From positions 103,481,026 through 103,543,438 of the forward strand of contig NC_057717.1 in NCBI RefSeq assembly GCF_004010195.1: a stretch of DNA of 62,413 nt, given 5' to 3'. Of the stretch, positions 37,781 through 51,406 are shown in pieces. This stretch comes from Chiloscyllium plagiosum (taxonomy: Eukaryota). Made by a program: the position numbers and the translations under genes. Under the pieces are notes generated by a model. The model saw nothing but the letters and a program-made list of their open reading frames with translations, did no database searches and was not told where the DNA came from. Each line of letters starts with the position of its first letter. Position 1 is the first letter of the stretch.

Positions 37781-38734
37781 GAGATGCTAAGTTAAACCAA
37801 ACTGGATGCAATAATCTCAAAGTCAGATGGTAGCAACTGTAACATTTGAGTATGATTGCCACTGACATATATCCCAATACTAACTAAAACAGTCCAGCGA
37901 CACATTGACATTATTGGGCAGTGCACGTTTTTCAACCTTATAATATCCCACTGCTTTCTGACTTGCAACTCTGCGATCTCATTGCAATTCATAAACTCAT
38001 TTTCACGGTGCCTTTTTATTGCTCCTTATAATTGATCAGCTGCTTTTCTAAGTTATCACCACACCACTGCAAAGAATCAAGGGGATTATTGGAGAAAGGG
38101 AAACTGATGTGACAGCAGCAAGATAAGCTCAGTTGAATAATTACTCAATCGACATGAAAATGGAATATATTTTCATATCAATGAGAATTGGAAGGCTTTC
38201 ATCACTTGAATATAATTGCTGTAATTATATCACCCAAGAAATTAAAAAAAGTCTAATTTTCTTTAATGTATTCAGAATTGAATTACTGCGTGCAATTTTC
38301 ACTTTCTCATAAATGAATTAAGAGTTAGAACTTTTGGGTTATTTCAAGAATGTAAATGGAATAATACATTTACTTTACAGAGGATTAAGCAGAACATTTC
38401 AAACCAATGAAACTAGAGTGTGTACATATAATTAATATATTAGTCCATTCAGAGACTGTGCCAAGACCATCGTAAATTATAACGACAAACGTAATGGCTA
38501 AAAATGGAAGAAAATCTCCCTTTAAGAAAAATGTTCAAGGGATTATCTTTCTCTAAATGTCTCCTTCAAAGCTTCTGATGAGTTATTACACAGGTTCCTT
38601 CAGGATTGACCATCATCTGGATATTTCTAATGGTCAGTTTACCTAATATGAGAGCAATTAGGGACATACAATAAATGCTAGCCAGCCAGCAACTCCCAAG
38701 TCCCTCAAGCAATACCAATATCATCCAATTTAAG

Positions 38735-40300
38735 AATGTAAGAACTAGGAGCAGGAGTAGGCCATCTGGCCCTTCAAGCCTGCTCCAGCATTCAATACTC
38801 AGCTCCACTTACCCGCCCGCTCATCATTACCCTTAATTCCTTTACTGTTCAAAAATCTATTTTGCGTTAAAAACACTCAACCGAGGTAGCCTCAACTGCT
38901 TCACTGGGCAGAGAATTCCAGATTCACAACCCTTTGGGTCAAGAAGTTCCTCCTCAGCTCAGTCCTAAATCTGCTCCCCCCTTATTTTGAGGCTATGCCC
39001 CTGAGTTCTAGTGCCAACCTCCAGTGGAAACAACCTCCCTGCTTCCATTTTATTTATTCCTATCCTAATTGTATATGTTTCTGTAAGATCCAACCTTATT
39101 CTTCTAAATTCTAATAAGTATAGGCCCGGTCTACTCAATCTCTGCTCAAAAGCCAACCATCTCAATTGCAGAAACAACCTGGTGAACCTCCTCTGCATCC
39201 CATCCAGTGCCAGTACATCCTTTCTCAAGTAAGAAGACTAAAACTGCACACAGTACTCCAGGTGTGGCCTCACCCAGCACCTTATACAGCTGCAACATAA
39301 CCTCCCTGCTTTTAAACACAATCCCCCCCAGCAATGAAGACAATATTCCATTTGCCTTTTTAATTACCTGCTGCACCTGAAAGCCAACTTTTTGTGATTT
39401 TCGCACAAGGACACTCAGGTCTGTGCTGCAGTTTTTCACCATTTAAATAATAGCCCATTTTGCTGTTATTCCTGTCAAAATTGATGGCCTCTCATTTACC
39501 AGCATTGTACTCTATCTGCCAGACCCTTGCCCACTCCTTAACCTATCTATATCTCTCTGCAGACTTTCAGTGTCCTCTGCACACTTTGCTCTAACACTCA
39601 TTTTAGTGTCATCTACAAAGTTTGACACAATACCCTTGGTCCCCAACTCTAAATCATCTTTATTAATTCTAAACAATTGCAGTCCCAGCACTGATCCCTG
39701 AGGCACACCACTAACCACTAACCACCAAACAGAAAAACACACATTTATCCCCACTCTCTGTTTTCTGTTAGTTAAGCAATCCTCTATCCATGATAAGACA
39801 TTACCTGTAATGCTGTGAACCTTTATCTTATGCAGCAGCCTTTTATGCAGCTCCTTGTCGAATGCCTTCTGTAAATCCAGATACACCACATCTACTGGGT
39901 CCCCATTGTCCACTGTGCTCATAACATCCTCAAAGAATTCCAATACATTAGTTAAATATGACCTGCCTTTTATGAACCCATGCTGTGTCTGCCCAACAGG
40001 ACAATTGCTATCCAGATGTCTCACTATTTCTTTATTGATTATAGATTCAAGCATGATCCCCCCTACAGAAGTTAAGCTAATGGGCCTATAGTTACCTGTC
40101 TTTTGTCTACCTCCTTTTTTAAACAGTGATGTCATGTTTGCTGTTTTCCAAGCTGCCAGAACCACCCCAGAGTCCAAAGGATTTTGGTAAAATACAACAA
40201 GCACATTTACTATGTTTCCCCATCATCTCTTTTAGTACCCTGGGATACATTCCATCAGGGCCAGGAGACTTGTCTAACGTTAGCACCATTAGCTTGCTCA
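38735..40300 (-). pseudogene. CR1 LINE ORF2 reverse-transcriptase pseudogene (5' truncated, with 3' tail)
   Basis: Encodes WKTANMTSLFKKGGRQKTGNYRPISLTSV, QHGFIKGRSYLTNVLEFFED, YLDLQKAFDK, SGVPQGSVLG and FVDD, with frameshifts. Confidence 0.95.
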
Positions 40301-40639
40301 ACAATAGTCCCACTTTCTTAGGTTTGGATATATTTGGAACAGTCACACAGGCAGGCCGAGAGGTAGGTGGTCAATATTTATCCCAGCATTAGGTTATGAA
40401 CTCTGGTTGGTCATATTCCTGAAGGTCACACTAATTATTTCCCATCAGTGTCCTGTGTTACTGTTATTAGTTAGCAATCCATCTTCAGGACACTTTCTTG
40501 CATCAATTGGTTACTCACTTGGATGATTCGTCATAGTCAAAGTTAAAAATCACACAACACCAGGTTATAGTCCAACAGGTTGATTTGGAAGCACTAGCTT
40601 TTGGAGGGCTGCTCCTTCATTAGGTGATTGTGACAACCA

Positions 40640-41330
40640 CTGAGTCGCCCATCGTAACTCACACCAAGTAATTTTAGTTCTTAGAGACAGGTAGACAAAG
40701 AAGCTGAAATTTTTTTAAAAGAAGTTTTTTTTTGCTTTGCTTGCCGGAGTTTCTCGGAGATAGAACTTGAATCCTTGGAGACTCCAGCTCCACTCGGGAG
40801 GATTTGACAATTTCATCCCAGAATGAAGCAACCTTTTCTAAGGCTGTTGAGCAAATTGGAGAGAGGGGAATAGGTATTCGTGTCACGCGGCACATCTCAA
40901 CTCTGCAATCTACTGAGGATCTGTGTAGATGACATGGGACTCAGCAAAGAGTCAACGTGAATTCATAAGGACAGCGGCTCACCAGTTCACGTTATCATTG
41001 CCACACGCCTCTCCAAAGTGACAAGTCCCTGTCAGGAGGGAGCCGAAGTAATATCGAGCTGTGTCGTCTCTTAAGAGGGGACAGTGACAGCGCACAGTAC
41101 AGCTGTCACATCTCACAGAGTCTGTACAACACAACTGCCACCTTGTTCGTGCTGCTGACATTTCGTGCGCCAATGAATGTATGTTTAAGGCGAAGCTCCT
41201 GTGATTAATACTGCAGACAAAAGCAGAGCGAATGCTTTCCTTTCCAATATAGAAAACCAGCCTCTCCTGGCCTGTGGTGTATATCTGTCGAGGCTGGTCT
41301 GAGAAGCGCACATTTCTCCAAGTGCAGGCA
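40640..41330. promoter_or_regulatory. Candidate promoter/enhancer or non-coding first exon
   Basis: Repeat-free and locally CpG-enriched, with several TGACAG/CTGTCA motifs, CCAAT boxes, and minus-strand donor-like sites at 40662 (GTGAGT) and 40982 (CTG|GTGAGC). Confidence 0.3.
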
Positions 41331-41919
41331 ATTCTCAGTGGTCCCCGTGGCCCTACATGTCTTTGATTTTGTTGGTTTTCACATTTCTGCACCCAAACTT
41401 ATCATCTTCCTAAGAAGGTGATAAGTGCAATGGGGATTAATCACATGGCACCTCCCCACGGATACTACCTTATCTTGAGCAGACTGCCAATCAGGTAGAG
41501 CACCAGGGAGGCTATTTGGCTTGGTGGGGCAGATTCATCCCCGAACTGTGCTCGCTTTCCAAACGCTGTGACTGGCCAGTGAGCAAGGGAGCTGAAAGGG
41601 GTGTGTTAATTACTAACTAATTATTACCCCTGAAGTTTTACTCTTCAATTTATTACCCACCAGTTCAGGTAGTCTAAGCAGAATTTGTTTCCTTGCCCTG
41701 CTGATATCTTTGCTACCAATAGGAACCATGACAACTGGATCCATTCCCCCCCCCCCCCACCACCACAAGTTCCTGTCCAGCCCTAAGCAGATGGTCCATA
41801 TCCCTAACACATTTGTCTGGACCCATGCTCCTTGCTACAAAGAATGGTGCCAATTACCCTTACTACATTATCACATATTCCATCTTGTTCTCCCACGGCT
41901 GAATGGTTTCCTGTACTAG

Positions 41920-42540
41920 AGAGTCATTTATCTCAAGAGGGTTAGAATATAAAAGCAGCGATGTACTTCTGAGACTTTATAATGTTCTCGTTAGGCCCCA
42001 TTTAGAATACTGTATCCAATTTTGGGCCCCACACCGCAGGAAGGACATATTGGCACTGGAGCGTGTCCAGTAGAGATTCACACGGCTGATCCTTGGAGTG
42101 GTAGGCCTAACATATGATGAACGGCTGAGGATCCTGGAACAGTATTCATTCGAGTTTAGAAGGTTGAGGGGAGATCCAATAGGAACTTACAAGATAATGC
42201 CTGGCTTAGAAAAGGTGGACGCTGGGAATTTGTTTCTTTTCGGTGGGGAGACTAGGACCCGTGGGCATAGCCTTAAAATTAGAGGGGGTCAATTTAGAAT
42301 GGAAATGAGGAGACATTTCTTCAGCCAGAGAGTGGTGGGCCTGTGGGATTCATTGCCACGGAGCGCAGTGGAGGCCGGGACGTTAAATGTCTTCAAGGCA
42401 GAGATTGATAAATTCTTAATCTCACAAGGAATTAAGGGGTAAGGGGGCAGTGGAGTTGAAATGCCCATCAGCCATGATTGAATGGTGGAGTGGACTCAAT
42501 GGGCCGAATGGCCTTACTTCCACTCCTATGTCTTATGGTC
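41920..42540 (+). mobile_element. CR1 LINE 3' end
   Basis: Encodes YDERLRILEQYSFEFRRLRGD...FFSQRVVGLWDSLP. Confidence 0.92.
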
Positions 42541-42756
42541 ATTGTCAGTTAGCTCATCCAGCCTGTAGTGGTCACTCTCCCAACCAGCAGAGAGAATATT
42601 AAACACTGTCCTTGGACAATTGCAAAGGCGGTGGCTCCTACACTCTTGCCCTTAGGGTACCCATAGCTCTTTCATTCACAGCCACATCCTACCCAATACA
42701 CCCCCACCCCCACCACCACCCACTCCCCAAACCAATTCAGAAGATGCTACCTTAAG

Positions 42757-43080
42757 CGGCACCATGGCTCAGTGGTTAGCACTGCTGCGTCACAGCACTG
42801 GGGACCTGGGTTTGATTCCAACTTCGGGTGACTGTCTGTCTGGAACTTGCACAATCATCCCCTGCCTGTGTGGGTTTCCTCCCACAGTTCACAGATTAGG
42901 TTAGGTGGGTTGGCTGTGCCAAACTGCCCCGCAGTGTCCAGGGATGTGCAGGCTAGGTGGGTTAGCTATAATAAATGTCGGGATTCAGTAGGGGAGGGGG
43001 CTGGATCTGGGCGGGGTGTTCTCTGGAGAGTTGATACTGTCTTGATGGGCCGAATGGCCTCTTTCCACTTTTATGAGTTA
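42757..43080 (+). mobile_element. HE1-like V-SINE
   Basis: Head atggctcagtggttagcactgctgcgtcacagc. Confidence 0.88.
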
Positions 43081-44009
43081 ATCAAATGACCGATTATCAA
43101 GGATCATCCAGGTGAGTAACCAATTGCTGCAAGTGTCCTGAGCATGGATGCTCTTCGGTGTGCACTTGATGGGCTGAATAGCCTGCTTCCACATTGTAGG
43201 AATTCTATGATCTGAAAGGGGCATAACTCCAGCTGGTGCAAAGTATCCCTTTTGATGTGACACAATATTTGCTGTTTCGGCTCCAGCCCAAAACTTCTGA
43301 GCCAGAGCTACTTAAGCAGTAAACATTTACTGAGTGCAGACATGTCTGTCTTGGATTACACTGGCATCCAGGAACCCCCACATTCTGTAGCCGTGATACA
43401 TCTCCTCTCCCACCATGGTTCATAATTTTGTTAAATTAACCACTTAAATAATATATGCAAATTATTTGCTTCTATTTTCCCATATATCTTATTAATCGCA
43501 CCAGCAGAGGATAACGAATCTGTGGAATTCTTTACTGAGAGGGTTGTCGAGGCTGGGTCACTAAAGTTTATTCAAGGCTGAAATCTTTCAAATCAGTGAG
43601 GGAATCACGGTTTTTGGAAGAGGACGGCAGGAAAGTGGACAATCAGATCAGATGTGATCTTGTTGAATGATGGAGCTGGCTCAATGGGCAGAATGGCCAG
43701 TTTCTGCTCCCAGTCCTTATGCTCTGACCTGTTCCTGTGCTATTGTAAACCTTAGAGATTAAGTGGAATATTGAAAGAAGGCAGATGATATGGGACATAA
43801 CACTGATGGTTGCAATTCATTTCCACTGAACTTCAGAAAGTACTTAATGGGTTGCAAACATTTTGGGTCCCCTTATCTGCAAAAGGTGCCTTATAAATTA
43901 ATAATTTCATTATTAATATAACAATTAATAACCAACTTGTCCCTTTACCCAAGAGGAAAGTGCTTTACTGGCATGCAAGGGATCTCGCTTGGATGACTAA
44001 ACACTGAAC

Positions 44010-44335
44010 GACGAGTCAAAAAGTGTGGCACTGGAAAAGCACATCCGGTCAGGCAGCATCCAAGGAGTAGGAGAATCGACGTTTCGAACATAAGCCCTTC
44101 ATGTGGAAACTGAGATAAATGTGAGGGGGATGTGTCTGAGGAGAAGGTAGCTGAGAATGCGACAGGTAGATGGAGATGGGGAGGTGATGGTGATAGGTCG
44201 GAGCGGATAGGTGGGAAGGAATATGGACAGGTCAAGAGGGCAGTGCTGAGTTGGAGGATTGAATCTGGCAGAGGGAGGGGAGATAAGGAAACTGGTGAAA
44301 TCGACATTGATGCCGTGTGGTTGGAGGGTCCCAAC
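44010..44335 (-). mobile_element. Penelope-like (Neptune-type) 3' end and pLTR
   Basis: Encodes VGTLQPHGINVDFTSF, followed by a pLTR with a decayed hammerhead (..ttcgaaacgtcgattctcc). Confidence 0.82.
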
Positions 44336-45419
44336 AAACAAAAGATGCCACAGAAAATGTGACCCCTTTCTCTGGGTCATTGACTCCTGGCATCTTCCAA
44401 AAGCTCCCAGGCCCTGGATGCTTCACTCAAACGGTCACCCCTCCATCTTCTCAGGGTACCTTGGCAAGGCCAATAAACACAGTCTTCCCAACATTATGCC
44501 TGCTGAGCCCCAAAAGACAACCACACTCAGGAAAATTGTCGAGACAATTCAGCCTCCCTCCTGTGTGATGACTGATTCAAATTCAAATTGCAATTTTCAT
44601 CTGATAGATGCAGTTTGTTTCCAATAAGACTGAAATAAACAGCATAAAAAGCCACATTTGATTGACGCACCAGAATGCCAAGGGCTCTCAAAAGGCTGCA
44701 TTATATACTTGACATTTAAATCCCATTCTCAAGTAGAAGGTTTTGAATATTCATGTGCTTTGGTTAATCAGCATTAACACAGTGATGTCAACATCATTTT
44801 TAAAAACATCCTGATCCTTTCTAAACTGTTCTTTTAGTTGTTTTTTAACCAATTGCTTGCCTGGACTTGAAACGTCAAGAATCAAAAAGTAAAGTTGCTG
44901 CAGTGTAATTGGGTCATAGTACTGCTCTCTCATTAGAGAGGGAGGAGACACCACTGATGGTGGTTTAACCCGAGGGTCACCACACCACAAACAAGGGGAG
45001 AGGTTGCTCTGCCTGAAACTCGTTGGTCTTCCAGAGCAAGGAGTTGACCATGACCGAGCGCTGCTGACTGGCACATTCCAAAGTCCAGGATTACATGCTT
45101 TTCACTAAAGCTTGGGGTAGCTGCTGCCAAGGTACAGTGAGGTCTTTCTGCTGAAGCTAAATGGGAGTCTGCCCAGTTATCAGAGCCTCCTGGTCCTCAA
45201 ATACATGTACCTACAGTCTTGTACAGGTAACAAACGGTTTGGCTCATTTGCTGGGTAGTCAAAATCCAAACCATGTTTCTTCATAAGCTACTGTACAGTT
45301 CTGAACTGCTTTAGTGACTGTGCATGCAAGATATTTTTGAATGAAGTATATTTTTGAAATAAAAAAGGAGGTTGAGAACTGTATAGAACTGCTTTGGTAC
45401 AGTACACATGCATGTACAT

Positions 45420-45745
45420 AAAGGGCGCATCGGGGCTCACAATATCCCAGGAACCGAGGTTCAATTCCACCCTCACACTGTCTGTTCTCCCGCGTCTGTG
45501 TGGGCTTCCTCCCACAGTCAAAAGATGTGCAGGTTATGGTGGATTGACTATAATAAATGTGGGGTTATAGTAGGGGGGATGGTCTCCAGAGGGTTGGTAC
45601 AGACTTGATAGACTGAATGGCCTCTTTCTGCACCGTAGCCATGGTAAATGCAGGATTATGGGGATAGGGTGGGATGCTGCTCAGAGAGTCAGGGCAGACT
45701 TGATGGGCTGAGTGGCCTCTTTCTGCAGTGTGGAGATTCCATAAA
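45420..45745 (+). mobile_element. Degenerate HE1-like SINE with duplicated tail
   Basis: Core cccacagtcaaaagatgtgcaggtt and two copies of the tail cagacttgat..gctga.tggcctctttctgca. Confidence 0.7.
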
Positions 45746-46989
45746 TGTAATCTTCATGAATAAAGTATATTTTCGCAATAAAATCCTTCCAGGAATTGCT
45801 GGGAACTACTGAGATAAAAGTATCGTTATGGGGGTCCACTTATAATTCTTACCTCAGGCAATGCAATATTTTGGGTGTCCTTTTTCATTCAGAAGGATCC
45901 TTCTGTAGAAATGACTTGACAGTGACTTCAGGAATGAAATGGATCGATTTAGCAATACTGCCCTCTTATGGCTTGCTAGCTAAAAAACCATCACTGACAC
46001 AAAACGATAGCACTCATTCACTCGCATTACTGAGTGGACTTAAAAGACTTTAGCATTGGCGATTCCAAAAAGAAATCAATTGCAACATCGAAAAGGAACC
46101 GTGGAGAGTGATGCTTCAGTGCAAAAGGAACAAGATTGAGAAGGCGCAGATATAAAGTGATTTGCAAATGAAACAGGAGTGATATGAGGAAAACTTTTTC
46201 ACACAATGGGTCATTAGGGTATAGAATGCACAGCCTGGAAACGTGGTGGAAACAGGTTCAAATGAGGCATTCAGAAGGACATTGAATGCTTATTTATATT
46301 TTTAAAAATAACATGATAGGGTATATAGTGATTGGAACCAGGGCCAAATGGGGCTTGACTGGGGCTGCTAACCTGGATCAAACAGAGAGCCCCAGCTGAC
46401 AGATAAGTATGGGAATGTGCTCTCTCCTGTACAGAGGGGCTCAAGTCCCACCTACACCAGAGGTGGGCAAAAGCATCTCTGAACAGGTTAATTAAAAAAA
46501 ATAGAAAAAAATATAAGCATGGCTCTCAGACAGTCTCCTCATTGTCAGGACTAGATCTGAGCTGCCTGTTCAGAGCCAATGTATTGTGCACATGTAAAAT
46601 AAAGGGAAACTTGGTGATAGGATACCAGCCTCCAGGAAGTTACTTCAGGGGAAAAGCACGAGATTGTCATTGGGTAATGCTGCTCATTTGAAGAGGTGAT
46701 ACAGGCAAAACGGGCCAAATAGCCAATCTAAACGTCAAAAGAACAATGCAATTTTAATCGCTCGGTTTTGGTATTTCATCAGGGTCATTCACAGAACTCG
46801 CACTTACATCTTAAACAGATATTTTTGAAGAAACTTTATAAAAATATTACCTTTTCTTTGAAACTTTTGCCTGGGAATTCTGGATGCATACTGGGATAAC
46901 AGGGAGTTTACTCAATGATACGGCAAGCTCGGAAATAGCTTCAGTTTTTGAGACAGTAACTTTTATTAGCCTATTAGATTGGAGGAAAT

Positions 46990-47745
46990 ATCACAGAATC
47001 CCAATAGCGTGGAAACAGGCCATTTGGCCCAACAAGTCCACACCGACCCTCCGAACAGTAACACACCTAGATCCATTCCCCTACCCTATAACTCTACATT
47101 TACCCCTGACTCATGCACCTAACCCACACACCCCTGAACACTATGGGACAATTTAGCATGCTCAATTCACCTAAATCGCATGTTTTTGGACTAAGGGAGC
47201 AAACCAGCGCACTCAGGAGTCCCACGCAGACACAAGGAGAACGTGCAAACTCCACACAGGACCTGGCAACCTGGGCCCCATATCTCAGGAGGGATGTACT
47301 GGCCCTGGAGCATGTTCAGAGGAGGTTCACAAGAATGGTCCCAGGAATGAAAGGCTTAATACATAAGGAAAGTTTGAGGACTCTAGGTCTGTACTCAGTG
47401 GAGTCTAGAAGGATGGGGGGGGGGGGGGGGGGGGGGGGGTCGAATTGAAACACATAGAATACCGAATGGCCTGGATAGAGTAGACGTTGAGAAGATGATT
47501 TCATTAGTAGGAGAGATGAGGATCTGAGGGCTCAGTCTTAGAATAAAGAGGAGACCTTTTAAAACGGACATAAGGGGAAACCTCAGCCAGAGAGTGGTGA
47601 ACCTATGGAATTCATTGCCACAGAAGGCTGAGGAGGCCAGGTCATTGAGTATATTTAAGACTGAGATAGTTAGATTCTTGAGTATTAAGGGTTACGGGGT
47701 GAAAGTGAGAGAATGGGGTTGAGAAACCAATGAGCCATGATTGTT
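46990..47745. mobile_element. HE1-like SINE (minus, 46990-47265) fused to a CR1 3' end (plus, 47270-47745) containing a G25 run
   Basis: Encodes WAPYLRRDVLALEHVQRRFTRMVPGMKGL. Poly-G at 47415-47439. Confidence 0.85.
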
Positions 47746-49726
47746 TATTTTTAGATTAGATTACCTACAGTGTGGAAATGGGCCCTTCGGCCCAACAATT
47801 CCACACCGACCCGCCACCCTCCTCTGGGGAGAGCCTGCAAAAGGAGAGAAAGTTTCAAACTTGTTAATGAAGTAAAACTTAAGGAATTTTTATTTATCTC
47901 GAGAGGTGTGGGTGTCATTGGCTGGGCCTGCATTTATTACCCATTCGCAGTTGCCCTTGAGAAGGCAGTAGTGAGTTGCCATCTTGAATCACTGCAGTCC
48001 ACAGCAAATCGCGGTTAGGGAGCAAGTTCCAGGATTTTGACTCAGCGTCACTGATGAAATAGTGATATATTTCTAAGTCAGGACAGTGAACGGCTTGGAG
48101 GGGAACATGCGGTGGTGCTCAGAGAAGAAAATAGTCATGGATTTGGAAGGTGCTGTCTAAGGATTTTTGGTGAGTTTCTGCAGTGTATCTTGTAAATAGT
48201 ACACATAGCTGCTACTGAGCATCAGTAGTGGAAGGATTGAAAGTTTGAGGATGTGGTGCCATTCAAGCAGGTTGCTTTATCCTAGATGGTGTCAAGCTTC
48301 TTGAGTGTTGTTGGGGAGTCAGGCTTTGGGAACTCAGGTGGTGAGTTACTCACTGCAATATGGTATCAGGTAGTGCTTTAAGACTCAAATCTCCCAATGT
48401 GTATACTGTAAGTGAGTTGAGATGAAGGCTTGCACATGGCACAGAGGCTAATCCACAAGATGGACCACTGTCATATATGCAACGGGATTGTATACTTCTT
48501 TCAGAATAATGCTAACAGCTTGGGTACAACACCTATTCTGCTTAATTTTGGCTTACGACCGGCCTCTTGCCCTGTCTGAAAATGGATAGCAATGGAAAAC
48601 CAACACTGGCCAAAGTTGCCAAGGAAAAAACAGCTCAGGGTGAAGCATTAACAGAAAGTGAGTCAAGAACCTAACTTCAGCTGCAGCACATTGAATGAAA
48701 TGGAGTCTACTTGGGCAAGGTATTGATGGGTTGATCAAAGCCCTTGGAACTGCTATAACAGCCATCCCCTTCAAAGAGAGTTTCTACATTATTTTAATGT
48801 AAATGTCCTACTACCCACTCCAATAAATGGGAATATTTAAATGGTAATTAGGAGGGGGAAACAGCGTAGTAAAAGTACTGAAGCACATTCTCTTGCTGGC
48901 TGGGCCCAATTGTGATACAAAATGGTCACTACATTTACTCTTTTAGAACAAAATGACAAAAGTGACCAAGCTCACCAAATCATTATTGCAATTCTAATTT
49001 CACCAACTTTGTACATTCTTCAGGGTTTTTTTCCTAACACCAATGATCTTTTATAAGCATTAGGATTTTCATCTTAATCTTTCATGAGCTATAGATGTCA
49101 GTGAAAAGACCAGCATCTGTGGCCCATCTGTATTTGTCACTGTCCTGAGTGGTTGTCACATCATTTCAAATGGTTAAGACTGAACCACATTGCAATGGGT
49201 CTGGAGTTAGACCTAGGCCAACCCCGGTAAGACTGGAGATTTTCTTACCCAAAGGCATTCAGTGAACCAGATGGGTTTTACAATAATCATGATAGCTTGA
49301 TGGTCTGTACGAAGACTAACTTTGAGTGGTGGATTTTATTAATTGAATGTTTCAGAATGCCACCAACAGCTGTGGTGGGATATGAACCAGAGGTCCCCCC
49401 CTCCTCTCCCCTGTACCATTAGTCTGGGCTACCAGTCCAGCAAAATTACTCCTACACCATTTCTCCAACTATATTGGTGACCCCAATATGGAGGATATCA
49501 CAGCTCATTATGATATTGCCCTTGTATGAAATGCAAGCTTCGGCAAATTGCATCAGGGACCAGTGAGCAGAAGTCAAAAAAATGGAGAGGCTTCATGTGC
49601 TCCTCCTCCAGGAATACTGAAATCCGACTCTAAGGCACTTGCCATTGGCCATTCACAACAGATCAAGGCATAAACAGCTGCTTCAAACAACAAATTGAAA
49701 ACTCAAGCTGTGTTGTGGAGAATCTC

Positions 49727-49732
49727 TTTAAT
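49727..49732 (-). terminator. Candidate distal polyadenylation signal ATTAAA of PIN1 (~1 kb 3'UTR)
   Basis: Minus strand reads ATTAAA-gagattctccacaacacagc-ttgagttttcaatttgttgttt, i.e. hexamer, CA dinucleotides and a downstream GU/U-rich element. It lies at the end of a ~1 kb repeat-free stretch continuous with exon 4. Confidence 0.5.
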
Positions 49733-50629
49733 ATTTTGAATTAAAGCCAGACAAATAATAACCTTACATTTCCCATAACCTCAGTTTCTTTTTGCAGTTG
49801 AGCGCACCTTCAATGCGCTTTGAACTGTTGAAAAGAAATAAAGACAAGTATACCAGCTGGAAGGAACCATAAGCAACAGAAATTAATAAAGTTATTCAGT
49901 TCATAGTTTCTCACCAGTAGTTCAGATCTTGACAATTACTTCTCAGGGTTGTGTTTCCAGCAGTACCTTGTGGAAGGAATGGTCAGTGGAAAAATGCACT
50001 TACAAAGAGAACTGCTGTCAAACAGGAGACTTGAAATGGCTACAAGAACAGCAGAACTGTTGGGAATCAAAGAGCCAACCAAAACTTAGGGTGATCTAAA
50101 ACATTCCCTACATGCTGAGGGCTTGTGCATTTTTCTGGAGGTGATGGAGGGCACTGCTGCTAACTACCAACCAAACTTTTTAATGAATGCTACTGCCACC
50201 ATAAGATTTCAAACAGTTATACAATCAAACAGCTTGTGTATTAGTGCAATCTGATCACAAGTCAAGCAATGCTGCATGAAGATCTGAAATGATAATCTAT
50301 CCCAAAATTTCTCTGCATTGGGAAAATAAACAAATTTTGTGGAAATTATGCCTGCGTTACTCCAATAAAATTCAAACAGTCTCTTTTAACACAATGCATG
50401 GCAGAAGCGCTACAACAGTGTAAAAGCAATTACAGCTCAGTCTGGCACTAACTGCATGTCATCCTATACACCGAACCAACAGTTGAGTTGTTGTGAAGAG
50501 ACAGTGATATTTTAAACGTTCTGTTTCTATAACTATTAAGACCAGTTCTTTCCCTCTGTCTTAAGTGCCTGCAAGAGCGTTGGACAATGGCTAAAGACAA
50601 AGTTATTAAATACTGGGGAGAACAAGATA

Positions 50630-50635
50630 TTTATT
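50630..50635 (-). terminator. Candidate proximal polyadenylation signal AATAAA of PIN1
   Basis: TTTATT on the plus strand, about 84 nt after the stop codon, followed on the minus strand by U-rich sequence. Confidence 0.45.
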
Positions 50636-50718
50636 AGAATGTGACAGGAGTGGTTTTCACCAGGGTCTTCAATAGTGGCTGTTATTCACTTTGCAAAGAC
50701 AAAACAAAAGGAGGCACT

Positions 50719-50828
50719 TTAAGCAGTACGGAGGATGATATGAATACCAGAATCTGTAAATACTGGGTTACTCATCTCTCCAATTTTCAGGGAGTATGTG
50801 GCTTCTTCAAAAGGTCTCTGCATTTGGC
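50719..50828 (-). CDS. PIN1: PIN1 final coding exon 4 (PPIase C-terminus, stop TAA)
   Basis: Translates (G)[35 protein letters not shown]. Acceptor is cattacAG. It is in frame with exon 3. Confidence 0.97.
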
Positions 50829-50936
50829 CTGTAATGCAAGCAAAGACAATAAAATAAATGCAGTAGAGACAATGTATGCCCTTTTCCAGCTGTGAGCCTT
50901 TCATATTAAAAAATACAGACACAGCAAGGTCTAAGA

Positions 50937-51103
50937 CAGTGCTTCCCAAACTTACTCATTCTGTGGCCCCATTTCAAAGCTTGAAAATTGTCACAACCCC
51001 TCAGTGAGAAGTTCTGGAGAGTAAGACAGCTGTTGTAAATTGGTCAGAGCTCACAGTGACAATTACTGCCTCACAGCTTGTAACCTCCACTTGAGAAGCC
51101 CTG
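50937..51103. mobile_element. hAT-Charlie/MER5-type MITE in PIN1 intron 3
   Basis: Imperfect TIRs CAGTGCTTCCCAA ... TTGAGAAGCCCTG. Confidence 0.6.
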
Positions 51104-51176
51104 TTCCAAAGGTCTGCAAAAGCATCCTTACCTGTATGAAAGCAGTGTGCTTTCTCTCAAACATAACAATATAAAC

Positions 51177-51380
51177 TGGGAGAAAGTGAGGATTGCAGAT
51201 GCTGGAGATCAGAATCGAGAGTGTGCTGCTGGAAAAGCACAGCAGGTCAGGCAGTACCCGAGGAGCAGCCGAATCGACATTTCAGGCATGATTCCTGATG
51301 AATGGCTTATGCCCGAAATGTCAATTCTCCTGATCGTCGGATGCTGCCTGACCTGCTGTGCTTTTCCAGCGCCACACTCG
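51177..51380. mobile_element. Penelope-like fold-back element in PIN1 intron 3
   Basis: Inverted arms, motif CUGAUGA-A-UGGC(UUAU)GCCC-GAAA-UGUC at ~51295-51322, and a diverged TSD ataacaatataaac/ataacgatgtaaac. Confidence 0.85.
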
Positions 51381-51406
51381 ATAACGATGTAAACAGTCAA
51401 GTTTGC

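Noticed and set aside
39512..40204. Functional reverse transcriptase gene
   Set aside because: It is a 5'-truncated, frameshifted CR1 copy with degenerate motifs.
47415..47439. G25 tract as a functional G-quadruplex
   Set aside because: It is an expansion of a short G run inside a CR1 copy, and homopolymer length is unreliable in assemblies.
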